A DNA stretch of 64,000 nt from Octopus sinensis (taxonomy: Eukaryota): NCBI RefSeq assembly GCF_006345805.1, contig NC_042999.1:124682001-124746000 (forward strand), read 5' to 3'. Position 1 is the first letter of the stretch. The number at the start of each line of letters is the position of its first letter. Shown here one piece after another: positions 26,695 through 40,854 of the stretch. The notes below the pieces were generated by a model. That model was not told where the DNA came from, searched no databases, and worked only from the letters and a program-made list of their open reading frames with translations. The translations under genes were made by a program, and so were the position numbers.

Positions 26695-27379
26695 TGTAAT
26701 TTATGCATATGCAAAAGTATATAAACAAAACACAGGATACACGACTCTAGATACAAACAAGATCTTACGTTTATGGAATATATTGCATGCAAAACAAAGC
26801 ATGAAACATTTGGAAGCATTTCTGTTAATACGTTTCCTTCATATCAATATTTATTCCTAAATGATTTGTTGATGGGTTTTCTTTGATTTTTCTTCTATGC
26901 TACTTTACTAAATGCATGCACAGACAAATACTCAAATACACAAACACATCCATGTATGCATACACACATGCACACATGCAAGGTAATCATTACACATCCA
27001 AAACTATGTGTGTCCAATATCAAAAGACAAACAACTGCATTACTGTTTTAGTGAAGTTTTAGTTGCATGTTTTAGTAAATTTGGCAGTCACCATACAAGG
27101 CAGATATTACATCAACATTATACAGATTATGAGAGCACACACACACACACACAACAATTAAACACACTACATAAATTTATTACTTGAATATTAAAGAAAA
27201 TATACATATGCCTGCAATCACACACATTCACACACACAAGCGTATATATTACATTCAGATTAAACAATAAAAAGGCTGAACACACCAAAATATTACATAT
27301 AATTATGAAATTACACACACACACACACTCAAGCACATATAACACACAAACACAAACTCAAGTATGTGAGCACAAATAA

Positions 27380-27438
27380 ATTTATATGTATGCATGCACA
27401 TGCATACCTGTGTGTATGTGTGTGTATGTCTGTGTATG

Positions 27439-27472
<34 letters not shown>

Positions 27473-27567
27473 CATATTATGTGTGTGTGTGTGTGGTATA
27501 CTATGCATATACACACTCAAGTGTATGTTTGTATATAAATAAATGTATATTTATATATGTATTATAT

Positions 27568-27599
<32 letters not shown>

Positions 27600-27913
27600 C
27601 AAATATATCTATGTTCATACACACAAATTTATATATATATACATACACTCATTTATTCATTCATGCATATATATGTATGTGTGCGTGTGCATGTGGTGTA
27701 TGCATATGTGTGTGTGTGTGCGTGTGTACATATATAGACATATATATATATACATATACATATATATATATACATATATATACATATAGATATATATTAT
27801 ATATACATCTACTATACAGTATATATATATATATATACATATATATACATATATATACATATATACATATATATACATATATATACATAATATACATATA
27901 TAAATATATATAC

Positions 27914-27944
<31 letters not shown>

Positions 27945-28358
27945 ATATATATCTATATAATATATATATATATATATATTACTATATATATATATATATA
28001 CACACATATTTATACACACACATATATATATATGTACAAACACTCACACACAAATACATATACACCTAAACATGCAGCTGTATTGCCATACATATACATA
28101 CATGCTTTGCACATACGTCATCACATTTGTACTCATATACTTGCATGCTCACAAGCACTTGTATGTCATGCAAGGATGTGTTGAAGTCATTATCAGAAGA
28201 GAAGATAATGGAAGTACATTGCGGTGGAAACTGAGAGAGAGGAGGGGTTTTTCTTTATGAATGAAACACATGCGCACATACAAACACACACGTATATATA
28301 CAGTATATGTATATATATATATATATATATCTATATATTATATATATATATATATATA

Positions 28359-28399
<41 letters not shown>

Positions 28400-28434
28400 T
28401 ATATATATCTGTGTATGTGTGTATGTATATATAT

Positions 28435-28484
<50 letters not shown>

Positions 28485-28818
28485 CACATACATATACATA
28501 TATATAAATATATACATACATATTCATATATATATATATATCTGTGTATGTGTGTATGTATATATATATATATATATAGACACACACACACATACATATA
28601 CATATATATATATATACACACATACATACATATCAAGTACACATGCATATACATACATGCATACTTATAAACATACACACACACACACACATACACACAT
28701 ACATATTTATATAGGGAGAGGGAAAAGAAGAGAAAAATGGCAGGAAAATGTGTATGTGTGTGGTGTGTGTGTGTATATATATATATATGCATATATATAT
28801 GTGTATATATATAAATAT

Positions 28819-28871
<53 letters not shown>

Positions 28872-28920
28872 ATACATATGCATATGTATGTGTGTGTATG
28901 TATGCATACGTATGTGTATC
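27380..28920. repeat. (TA)n/(CATA)n/(CA)n microsatellite blocks
   Basis: Read directly. Confidence 0.9.
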
Positions 28921-29125
28921 TATACAAAAGAGGAGGGGGAACAGAAACAATGGGCGTAGAGAGGAAAATGAGTGATAGAGTATGTTGGTATTAAAATGTG
29001 AAAGTAGAAAGAAAACAAGAGTTGCTCAGAAATGAAGGATGTACTATTAATAAATGGACTATTTTAAATTTATTTGTATATATCATTATTATTTCTTATT
29101 TCCAATAATGCTGCTGCTACTGCTG

Positions 29126-29156
<31 letters not shown>

Positions 29157-29260
29157 ATGCTGTTGCCTCTTCTGGTGCTATTACTATTGCTACTGCTGTT
29201 TCTGCTAAATAGTGTTGATGCTACAGCTATTCCTGCTGTGGTTGCTGCTGATGCTGTTGC

Positions 29261-29291
<31 letters not shown>

Positions 29292-29422
29292 CCTACTGTT
29301 CACAGTTATGGCTGCAGCTGTTGTTATTTATATGTTTTAGGTATTGGTGTTGTCACTGATATTCTTATGGTTATCATTATTGTTGTTGTTGTTGCTGCTG
29401 CTGCTGTCCCTGCTGCTGCTGA

Positions 29423-29714
29423 GGCAGCGAGTTGGCAGAATCGTTAGCACACTGAACAAAATGCTTAGTGGTATTTTGTCCATCTCCATGTTCTGAGCTC
29501 AAATTCTTTCAAGGTCAGCTTTGCCTTTCATCTTTTCACATTCCATAAAATAAGTACCAGTTGAGTACTGGGGTCGCTGTAATCAACCTACCCCTTTCCC
29601 CCAAAATTGCTGGTCTTGTACATATTGTAGAAAGGATTACTCTCTTTTTACTCTCTTTTACTTGTTTCAGTCTTTTGACTGCGGCCATGCTGGAGCACCG
29701 CCTTATTATTATTA

Positions 29715-29783
<69 letters not shown>

Positions 29784-29934
29784 AGGTGGAGAACTGGCAG
29801 AATTGTTAACACACTGAATGAAATAGTAGTATTTCACCTGTCGCTATGTTCTGAGTTCAAATTCCACCGAGGTCAACTTTGCCTTTCATCCTTTTGAGGT
29901 CGATAAATTAAATACTGTGCCTATAGTAGAAAGG

Positions 29935-29991
<57 letters not shown>

Positions 29992-30400
29992 GGTTAAGGC
30001 AGTGAGCTGGCAGAATTGTTAGCACGACAGGTGAAATGCTTAGTGGTATTTCATCTGGTGCTACATTCTGAGTTCAAATTCCACTGAGGTTGACTTTGCC
30101 TTTCATCCTTTCGAGGTCAATAAATTAAATGCCAGTGAAACACTGGGGTCAATGTAATCGACTAGTACCATCCTCACCAAATTTCAGGCGTTGTGACTAT
30201 AGTAGAAAGGATTATTATTATTATAGGTTAACATTTACATCTTTTGAGTGCAAATACTACAGAGGTCGACTTTGCCTGTCATCCTTTCAGGTTGATGAAT
30301 TAAGTACCAGTTGCACACTGGGATCAAATGTATTCAACTAACCTCCTCCCTTACAAAATTTATGGCCTTGTGACATTAATAATAAAGAATAATCATTATT
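29423..30400 (+). mobile_element. Head-to-tail cluster of SINE family B copies separated by (ATT)n tails
   Basis: Repeated ggcagaat(c/t)gttagcac...ctgagttcaaattcc...gactttgcctttcatcc at ~29423, 29785, 29997 and 30260. Confidence 0.8.
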
Positions 30401-31526
30401 GTTGTAGGTTAGTATTTATATTTTCTGAGGTCAAATAATGTTGAGGACAGATTTTCCCTTCATCCTTTTGGAGTCAATAAAATATAGTACCAACCAAAAT
30501 AAAAGGGTCAAGTTAATTGAATAAGCCTTCCTGAAACTTTCTGGCCTTGTAACTATATTAGAATATTATTACTGTTGTTTATAACATTTAGATGATTTTA
30601 GTTCTCATCCTGTGGAGGTCAACTTTGCTTTTCACCTTTCTGTGATTTGCTAAAATAAGAACCATTAAAGCACTGAGGAACAATTTAAATGACTGTATTA
30701 CTCTAATCAAAATTTGTGACCATGAATTGATGTCATAAATCATTATGATTATTATTGTCAACAATAAAATGTTATTGTTGTTCAGTCCTAGTTGAGCAAA
30801 CTTATGAGCAAAGGTGCTCCTGCTACAACTACCCTTTTTTTTCCTATGAGCAGGGAACATGGATAGTACCACATAGTACCAACATGCCCTTTCTAAGAGA
30901 GTGGTGAACATTTGATGAACATTTGGCTGCTATTTCAACCAGGCTGAATGACCACATAGAGGCTCCTTCATTTGCTTATGTTGTTGTTGCTATTAATGAT
31001 GGCTGTCAGAATGATAAAGCACCAAAGTTCTTACTGTATTTAGCTATCTCCCTTTATAATCTGAGTTCTAATCCTGCTGAAATTGTATTAGTCCTTTCTT
31101 ATTATAGGCAATTACTGGAACTGGTTTAATCAACTTTATCTATCTCCACACACCCACAAACCCTCTTCTTCCATTTAATATGTTGCATTGTGACTACCGT
31201 AAAAATCATTTTTATTATTGATGCTGCTGTTCTTTTATTTTGAACAGTCGAACATATTTTATAATGCAAGTTCACTTTATAAGTTAGAACCATTTTACAG
31301 AATGCACTGCTCCCTTCAATTAAGGAATTAACATCACAATTTCCCACATTTTCATCCCTTTACGAACTCCAGTCTCTAATTCTTGGGTAAAACACAATTA
31401 TAACTATATCGTTTAACTCCATGTCAACTTTGATATGACCAAAGACATTCTCAACATGACCATCCTGTCCTTTACCAATATAAAGAGAGGCCAGGACCAA
31501 ATTATTCAATATGTTCTTATAAGAGC

Positions 31527-31900
31527 AGGCATGGCTGTATGGTTAAAAAGTTCACTTCCCAACCACATAGTTTAGGGGTTCAATCCTGCTGAGTGGCGTC
31601 TTGGGCTGACCATAGCCTTGTGAGTGGAATATGGTTGGCAGAAACTGAAAGAAACAGAAACTAAAGGTGGCAAGCTGGCAGAAATGTTAGCACACTGGGC
31701 GAAATGCTTAGCAGTTTTTCGTCTGCTGTTATGTTCTGAATTCAAATTCTGCCAAGGTCGACTTTGCCTTTCATCCTTTCGGAGTCAATAAATTAAGTAT
31801 CAGTTATACACTGGGGTCAATATAATCGGCTTAATCACTTTGTCTGTCCTTGTTTGTCCTTCTATGTTTAGCCCCTTGTGGGCAATAAACAAATAAGAAA
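31527..31900 (+). mobile_element. SINE A head followed by a full SINE B
   Basis: ggcatggctgtatggttaaaaag..., then ggtggcaagctggcagaaatgttagcac...aaataagaaa. Confidence 0.75.
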
Positions 31901-31976
31901 GTGAAAGAAGCCCATTGTCTGTGTGTGTGTGTGTGTGCCCACGCATGCATGTGTGCGTGAGTGAATGTTTGCATGA

Positions 31977-32073
<97 letters not shown>

Positions 32074-32964
32074 TTGTACTTCCTTGTCTTGACATTGTAT
32101 GGTGGTTATATATAAATAAGCATCACCGTCATACAAGTGGTGTCCTTCATCTCAAATCTTCCATGAAAACATGTTCAGTCATGCGGGGAATTATTATCTT
32201 ACCTGGAAACAGGTAACAGGTGGCAACAGAGAGGACATCCAACCATAAAAATGTGCCTCAAGAAATCTCTTCTAACCTAAGCATGGAAGAGTAGACATTA
32301 AAATAACAATGATCATATTCTGTTCTAAAATGGTAGGGTGTGATTTTAGGGATATTTAACTGCTATTTCTAGCAGGTTAAATGACCACATAGAGGCTCCA
32401 AAAATGGCTTGAGTTACAATTATTATCTTTGTTGGTATTATTTCTTCTAACACTTTAAATAATTCTATATTGTTGTTGTTGTTGTTTAGCCCCAGGTCAT
32501 GTAGGTCAAATAGACTTATGATCAGAGGCATACCACTCATGACCATCTCATCTGTTTAAAAAATATATAAACTACATTATCTAATAAATTCTTCCTTCAT
32601 TTTTCAACATGGTGAGGTGTTGTTTGAAAGATTTGGTTGCTGTTTCTAGCAGACCAAGAGCTCATGTAGAAGCTCTCTCTGTTATTGGTTTGATATTCTT
32701 GATGTGATTGTTACTTATTGCTGTTACTGCTTATACAGACACAGCTGCTACTGCTGTTGCTACAATGGTAACGCTTACCTCTCACCATCATCTTCATCAT
32801 TATTGACATCATCTTCATTATCATCATCATCATCACTACCACTGACAGCAACAACATCACAAATACCACCACCACCACCTCCACCACTGTCGTCATCATC
32901 ATCCTCATCATAAATTAGTCAGAGAGCTGTTTATGTAATAATAGAAGTAACTGCTATAATCACA

Positions 32965-33012
<48 letters not shown>

Positions 33013-33378
33013 CAGCAGCAGCAGCAGCAGCAGCAGTAGCAGCAACAACAACAATAACACCAGCAGCTGCATTAGCAGCAGTAGCAGCAGCAGCAGTAGT
33101 TAGTGAGAGAAAATTCCATCAGAAAATTCATATTCATCATTTCATTTACTTTTTTTTTTCTCTTAACTCTTAATGATAGAGATCCGATGAATGATGGACA
33201 TCAACAACAGCATGTAATCATAACATCCAGCATCCAACATCCATGCTTCAATATATTACATCTACAGTTACATGGACAGTCATACACAATAAAGCAGAGG
33301 TCTCCAAACACCAGGTCATGACTCTACCAGAGGTCAACTGTGCTTGTCATAAAAAATTTTTTTTAATCAAAAGCAATG

Positions 33379-33380
33379 AC

Positions 33381-33450
<70 letters not shown>

Positions 33451-33926
33451 TAATAATAATAATAATAATAATAACAATAATAATAATAATAAAATATTCT
33501 GCTCAATACCACAGATTTACTCTTCAGTTGTTTGATCTTAACCAGTTGAGCATATCCCTTAGTGGCTGACGATATGTGCATCTCTGATCATGAGCAGAAG
33601 TAGTGGGGTAGCATCACAGCCATGCGTTGAGAGGGATTCTTTGGGGTTTGAATAATTCACCTTTGGAAACAGGGGTGTTTCATTCAACATCCTTAAACGA
33701 CTCTTATTCAGGGACCTTTTGAGCGGGATGGGCTACTCGACCAGAACAAAATTCTAACTGGGCCCCACCTGCAAGGTCATGTGCTGTTTATCTTGATATG
33801 AGATCACCATGTTGCACACATATGGTTGTGATGCATGTGCCTAGTGTACCCTTATCAGATGGGTAGTCATGATGGGTTTACTGGGCTTCGTATATTTTAC
33901 CCCAGTGTCACTTTAAAAAAAAAAAA

Positions 33927-34003
<77 letters not shown>

Positions 34004-34457
34004 TAATAATAATAATAATAAAATATTCTGCTCAATACCACAGATTTACTCTTCAGTTGTTTGATCTTAACCAGTTGAGCATATCCCTTAGTGGCTGACG
34101 ATATGTGCATCTCTGATCATGAGCAGAAGTAGTGGGGTAGCATCACAGCCATGCGTTGAGAGGGATTCTTTGGGGTTTGAATAATTCACCTTTGGAAACA
34201 GGGGTGTTTCATTCAACATCCTTAAACGACTCTTATTCAGGGACCTTTTGAGCGGGATGGGCTACTCGACCAGAACAAAATTCTAACTGGGCCCCACCTG
34301 CAAGGTCATGTGCTGTTTATCTTGATATGAGATCACCATGTTGCACACATATGGTTGTGATGCATGTGCCTAGTGTACCCTTATCAGATGGGTAGTCATG
34401 ATGGGTTTACTGGGCTTCGTATATTTTACCCCAGTGTCACTTTAAAAAAAAAAAAAA

Positions 34458-34517
<60 letters not shown>

Positions 34518-34520
34518 TTC
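33379..34520. repeat. Identical 529 bp tandem duplication of a ~425 bp interspersed repeat embedded in (AAT)n
   Basis: Bodies at 33491-33914 and 34020-34443 look identical by eye, including a variant aac unit in the flanking (AAT)n. Confidence 0.9.
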
Positions 34521-35601
34521 AAATTTTGGCTTGAGGCTAGCAATTTCAAGGGAGAGGGGTAACTCAATTAAATTGACCCCAGTGCTAAACTGGCACTTAT
34601 TTTATCAACTCCAAAAGAATGAAAAGCAAAGCCAGCCTTGACAGAATTTGAACTCAGATTGTAAAGACAGACAAAATGCTGTTAAGCATTTTGCCCAGTA
34701 TTCTAATGATTCTGCTAGCTTGCTGCCTTAATGATAATAATAATAATGGTTTCAAATTTTGCCACAGGGGCAGCCATTTTGGGGAAAGGGATAAGTTGAT
34801 TACACCAACCTCAGTGTTTCACTGGTATTTAATTTATTAAACCACCACCCCCCAAAAAAAAGGTAAAAGGCAAGGTTGACCTCGGCAGAATCTGAACTCA
34901 GAATGTAAAGATGGACGAAATGCCACTCACCATTTTGCCCACTGTGCTAACAACTCTGCCAGCCTGCTACTTTCTTAATAATAATGATGATGATGGTGAT
35001 GATTTCAAATTTTTGGTACACGGCCAGCAATTTCAGGGGAAAGGGATACATTGATTACATCAACCCCAGTGTTCAACTAGTACTTATCTTATTGACCTCA
35101 AAAAGGATGAAAAGCAAAGTCAACCTTGACAGAATAATGATAATAACAATGGTTTCAAACTTTTATACAAGACCAATCATTTCAAACTAAAGGAGGCTAG
35201 TTGATTACAATGTGCTAAACTGGTACTTATTTTATTTAACCCTGAAAGGATAAAAGGTGAAGTTGACCCTGGTGGAATTTGAACTCAGATCATAAAGGTG
35301 AATGAAATGCTGCTAAGCATTTTGACCAGCATGCAAACAATTCTGCCAGCTAACACCCTTTTCTGCCAGCTTGCACCCTTTTCTGATAGCTTGCTCAAAT
35401 TTTGGCTCAAGGCCAGGAAGTTTGGGAAGGGGATAAGTCTATTACATTGCCCCCACTACTGAACTGATACTTATTTTAACCCTGAAAGGATGAAAGGTAA
35501 AGACGGCCTTGATGGAATTTGAACTCAGAACATAAAGGCAGACGAAATGCCACTAAGCATTTTTTGTCCAGCATGCAAATGATTCTTTCAGTTCACTACC
35601 T

Positions 35602-35610
<9 letters not shown>
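34517..35610 (-). mobile_element. Head-to-tail cluster of ~5 SINE family B copies
   Basis: Repeated gaatttgaactcaga...gacagacgaaatg...aagcattttg...ctgccagct motifs. Confidence 0.8.
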
Positions 35611-35660
<50 letters not shown>

Positions 35661-35689
35661 GGGAAGACGTGGGACAAAGTGTTGAGAAA

Positions 35690-36060
35690 GGATTTACAGA
35701 CGTTGGCACTCACAGAGGGAATGACATAGAACTGAAACTCTTGGTGGTTTGCTGTGCTTGAAAAGATACATCAAGTTGAGTAAAAGGGTGACTACCCTTG
35801 CATACAGGCTTGTCCCCTGCAACCCTCTCCAGCTGAGCATCATAGGTACTGGTACCACATAAAAAGCACCCAGTACATTCTCTAAAGTGGTTGGTGTTAG
35901 GAAGGGCATCCTGTTGTAGAAATCATGCCAAAACAGATATGGAGCTTGAACAGCCCTTCAGCTAGTCAGCACCTGTCAAACTGTCCAACCCATGCCAGCA
36001 TGGGAAAACAGATGTTAAATGATGATGTTGATGACCATGATCATGATCGTGATGTTCATG
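35690..36060 (+). mobile_element. RTE-tailed SINE/LINE 3' end
   Basis: aaaagcacccagtac...tgtccaacccatgccagcatgg...gatgatg. Confidence 0.7.
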
Positions 36061-36304
36061 ATGATCATGAATACCAACAACAAGAATGAATGGAATCATT
36101 GTTCGTTCTTTTATTTTTAAATAATTGAAATAAACTGAACAACTTAAATGGAAGGGACTTGAACATTTGTATACCTCTTAAGAATTAGGAAAATAAGATT
36201 TCAGGAGTCCAATGCAGAAAAAATACATTAATACAAAGAAATATATAGAATTCATTTTAGAATGCTGTCTTCCCCCGTTTCTTCTTCTCTGTCTGTCTCA
36301 ACTC

Positions 36305-36337
<33 letters not shown>

Positions 36338-36511
36338 TTTTCTTTCTCTTTCTCTCTCCCTATTGTACACTATCTTTTTATCTATTCATGTATTTAGCTG
36401 ACTAGCTATTTATACTCACACATACACATGTTTGTGTTCGTATGTGTATATGTGTGAGTATGAGTATATATATATTTATATACACATATAAACACACACA
36501 CATACATGCAC

Positions 36512-36544
<33 letters not shown>

Positions 36545-36589
36545 AACACACACACACACACACTCACACACTATCAACTGTTACATTTT

Positions 36590-37720
36590 ATCAATGAAAG
36601 ATGAAAAGAGTATCGCACACATCCACACCAACCTACCCACAGTAGTTCTAAACATAGAAGCACTAAGCCTAACCAAAGAGAAAAACATTAGAAAACCAAA
36701 TGAAGTGCCTTTATGCATAAACAAACATTTCAGTCATCCACCTTCAATAACAGAGAATCTAGTCAGCAATATAAACCAAATAATTTTACAATGTCTTCTA
36801 CTGAAACAATATTCAGTGAAGCAGAACTATTTTACAATGAAGTACTAAAAGTGAGTGAGTTCAAAGAAAAATTAGAGTACATACCCAAAGCAGCACAAAC
36901 ACACAATGAACCAAACAAAACTAACTGCTCTACAGCTTAAGCATAACTTCAGATGTTGTGGAAAACTTTCTAATGCTAATCACCAAACACTTCTCAACCA
37001 TCTATAATTATCACAACCTATTCAATAGGAATGACTCAAAAGTCAGCTACAGCTGCACATGAAACCTAAAATATGCCATCCAATCCATGAACAGCAATAT
37101 ATCTAAAAACCACAGTCCAAAGCCAAAGATAGATGTAACTGCAATGGATCAAAATCATGCCTCTTAAGTGAAAATTGCTAAAAAAACAAAAAGAATACAT
37201 TAACATGGTAATAGTATTGCAGTAAGGACTAACCAAAATCGACCACATTGTGGTAACAGGCAGAACATTCAAAACTTGATACATGCACTACATACATTCA
37301 TTTCACAATGCTTACAAAAGAGACAAAATTTCTCTATCGGAGCACATTTGGGACATAATAGGAGATAATGTAAATATTAATTTAAACTATTCAATAATGG
37401 ACAAATGCTTCCAAGATATCTCTTATGCAACACAAATATATAACAAATAGCACTACAAATATGTTTGCTCAACAGAAGAACTGAGATGCTCTAACATTGC
37501 AGACAATAGAAAAAATTCATTTTTAAAAATTGATCCAGGCTGCAAACAGAGTAAATTAACCCATGGAAAACAATTATAGTTTAGTGATTAAAAGCTTCCC
37601 ACAATCTATTCAATAGGAATAACATACGAGTTTACTACAGCAAAAAAGAATAGCACAGCCAAAAAGAATAGTATATCTCAGCTATAAACAACCAAGAGTG
37701 TAGAGTTAGTATTGATATGC
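36590..37720 (+). pseudogene. Degenerate second Penelope-like element (RT thumb, Cys linker, GIY-YIG remnants)
   Basis: RKPNEVPLCINKHFSHPPSI, FLMLITKHF...LFNRNDSKVSYSC, RCNCNGSKSCLLSENC, TFKT*Y..HSF...SLSEHIWDI, LLNRRTEML*HCR; many stops and frameshifts. Confidence 0.75.
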
Positions 37721-37789
37721 TTATTGCAGAGGACATCATATACATGAATATGTGTATGGGATGCATGTGTACTATAGGCTTTTTCACTC

Positions 37790-37947
37790 TCTCTCTGTTA
37801 TTTTTTTCTTCTGTTCATTCTTGCTGAAGAGCAAAGGCTCAAAACTTAAAAGACTTTTATATTTTTCATGTTCCTGAGTGTCAAACTAATACACCTGCTT
37901 GTTGTTCATATACCTGTCTTCATTTTTTATTTTTCTATAAATTTCAT
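37790..37947 (+). mobile_element. Family H4 short repeat with hammerhead-like motif (~37817-37852)
   Basis: uugcugaa gagc aaag gcuc aaaa cuua aaag; homologous to 8075-8240; ends in a TA tract. Confidence 0.55.
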
Positions 37948-37970
37948 ATGTATATGTATATATATATATA

Positions 37971-38200
37971 GTAATTCAAAAAAAGAAGAACAAACACAAA
38001 AACAACAACAATATGAGGACGTGGTACATGTAAAGTATTAGCAGACACTCAGGAAAGGAAAAAAAAGATGGTTTAACATTTCGAGCAACACTCTCCTTCA
38101 GAAACAGGAAAGTCCAATAGAAAAGAAGACAGAGGAAGAAAATCGCCAATGATTCACATGTGGTTACATTTTGAAATGACCTGAAGGGAATGGGTGAAGA
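37971..38200 (-). mobile_element. Short pLTR-like repeat with a degenerate minimal hammerhead (38071-38105)
   Basis: Minus strand: guuu CUGAAGGA gagu guu gcuc GAAA U G UU aaac. 3' end abuts the TA tract at 37948-37970. Confidence 0.55.
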
Positions 38201-39639
38201 AAGAGTTCTTTCTAAGACAGGAGAGGGTGAAAGAAGGAAGTATGTGTGTGTATGTGTGGGTATGTGTATGTGTGCAAGTCTCTGTGTGTGAGTGTGTGTA
38301 ATAGCACATGTGTGTGGTGTTTGTGTGGTTTTGACTGTTTATATGTGTATGTGTGTGTGTTTTGTGTATTGTGTGTACCTAACTTTATTGTATGTTATTT
38401 TTTCATGCGCATGCACTCTCCCATACACATACATATAGAAATCCATAGAATATATAACTGTTAGAAAGAAAAACTATATATAACACACTGTCTAAATAAA
38501 CAAAATTATTCACTCAACATTCACACAGTCAATATCTTTAAAATATTGAGGAATCAATTGAGATTGGTCTGATGAGGAACAAATTTTGGAACTTGAAATT
38601 ACCAGCCTTTTGATTAAAAGAAATTAACACAAGACCAGATTTTTCAAGTGTTACCTTTACTTTAATTAATCTCAAATATAAATGAGCTTTCCTCCAATGA
38701 AAACAACAATTTTATTTGACAATCTAAACTATATATTGCCTATAGAACAAATCAGATGAAAGAGAAAGAGAAATTTCCTAATTATTTTATCTCAACATGT
38801 TAAAGTTGTATACATTTGGCAATATATAATTTTTTTTAACACTTTTATGTTTTGTTTCATTTTTGATCCTTCTTTTCTTGCTCTGTTTTTTTTTCATTCC
38901 AATAAAAGACCAATGCCAAAGATTTCAAATATTTGTTCTTTTGCATAAATCACTTGTTGTTCTTAACCAGATTATTGTTAAATTCCACAGGCAAAGTTAT
39001 AGCATTATTAAAAAGAATATAAAAGTTTTTTTTTTCCTTAAATTTTTTTATCATTATGGTTGGGAATTAATACAAATATTATTCAACAATTATTAAATGT
39101 AAATAGTAATTTATTATATTTTTAGAAATTCAATTTCTGTGAGGCTAAGATGATAATGAGCTACTGTCTTCAAAAACATAAATTCAAACTTTGATATTGT
39201 TGCACCATTGACGTGCTCTTAGCTCAAGGTACATAACTCTGCTTGCTTCAGTTTACATGACTGGTATTAGGTTCCACTCTTATGCCACATGTGAACAGTC
39301 AGTGACAGGAAAAATATCAATCACCCACCCAAAAATATCAGCCACCCAGCTACCTACCAAAAAATGTTCCATCTTATTTCATTTTCTTCAAAAAGGATTG
39401 AACAAAAGTTTTTCTTTCTATGTAAAACAGATGTGCAGGCCCAGGTGTGGCTGTATGGCAAAGAAGCTTGCTTCCAAACCATGTGGTCTTGGGTTCAGTC
39501 TCACTGTGCTGCACCTTCAGCAAGTGTTCTCTACTATAGCCTTGTGAGTGAATTTGATGAATGGAAACTGGAAGAAGCCCGTTGCATATATATATATATA
39601 TATATCATTTGCCATGATAGATCGGTACCCACTACACAC

Positions 39640-39785
39640 AATTTCCCTCTGTGTTCCTTTCTGTGGAAGAGTATAGGCTTGAAACTTCAAAGACTTTTTC
39701 AATTCCTAAGCATTATACTAATACATCTGTTTGTTTTTTACACCACCTGTCTTCGTCTTTTGTTTTTTTCATGAATTCACCCCCT
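39640..39785 (+). mobile_element. Family H4 short repeat with hammerhead-like motif (39657-39692)
   Basis: cuuu CUGUGGAA gagu auag gcuu GAAA C UUC aaag; followed by (TA)n. Confidence 0.55.
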
Positions 39786-39897
39786 ATATATATATATAAT
39801 TTATACCGAAATATGGTCCTTTTCCATACCAAAATACTACTAGGTGAAATTTGTTGATTTTATTAAATTAATTATATTTCACCTTATATCTATAATG

Positions 39898-39936
<39 letters not shown>

Positions 39937-40854
39937 AGTGAATTCGTTGGTCTATTTCCGTCCCTGTAACAAAGTGATTCAGCAAATGAGACTCGTTGAA
40001 GTACCAGGCTTAAAAATATAAGTACTGAGGTCAATTTGTTCAACTAAGCCCTTTGAGACAGTCCCCCAGTATGGCCCCATTTTAATGATTGAAACAAGTA
40101 AAAGAAACAAATGTTGTAGCTACGGTCCTCCTTAATATTGTTGTATTTTGATACCCTTACAAGGATATTTTTTTTCTTTTAATTTTTGACAATGTATAAA
40201 AACTGCGGATGCAAGAATAGATTATCATTACATTTCATTTAACAGGGAATATAGTGTTTATTTGATATATTATTTACTCATTTGGAAGATCACAAACATA
40301 TGGCATGGTGCTCCTTGTAATATTACCCTAGCTGCCAGCATCTTCAGCAAATCTCTAGGTGTAGCCTTCCTTTTTTTAATCAACTACTCAAATTATTTAC
40401 TTTCATCCAAAATAGAACTGATCCTCTCCTGATAGTAAACATTTCAAAATCTCAAAGCCTTATTTTCTTTAAGCCATTCTATTCTATCCGACATTAGTAT
40501 ATCATAATACTCACTGTTAAGATTTCTGTCAAGTTCCATCACATCACTCCACCACAACCAACTCTTTGCAAATTCCAGTCTCCCAGTTTCCAGAACTCTC
40601 TCAATTCCTCTCAACCAAAATATATTTCAGATTTCAATCTATATCCTTTCAAACAGCACATTACACACATCAATATAAATCTTAACATTACTTCGACGTG
40701 TCACTTTGAAATTCTCCATCCAAATGTATTTTCCTCTCAATAGGATTATAAATTGAAAGAAAAATATTAAATACATCAAACGAGCTGAAACATATCCATA
40801 CATACATCCTTCTCCCTCTCCTTGTCTCTCTGTCTCTCTTTAAGATCTATCTTT

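Noticed and set aside
33560-33700. CTGACGA in the duplicated (AAT)n-embedded element; possible HHR, HDV-like or twister ribozyme
   Set aside because: No stem II/GAAA/stem III geometry follows, and no complete HDV or twister pseudoknot could be drawn by eye.
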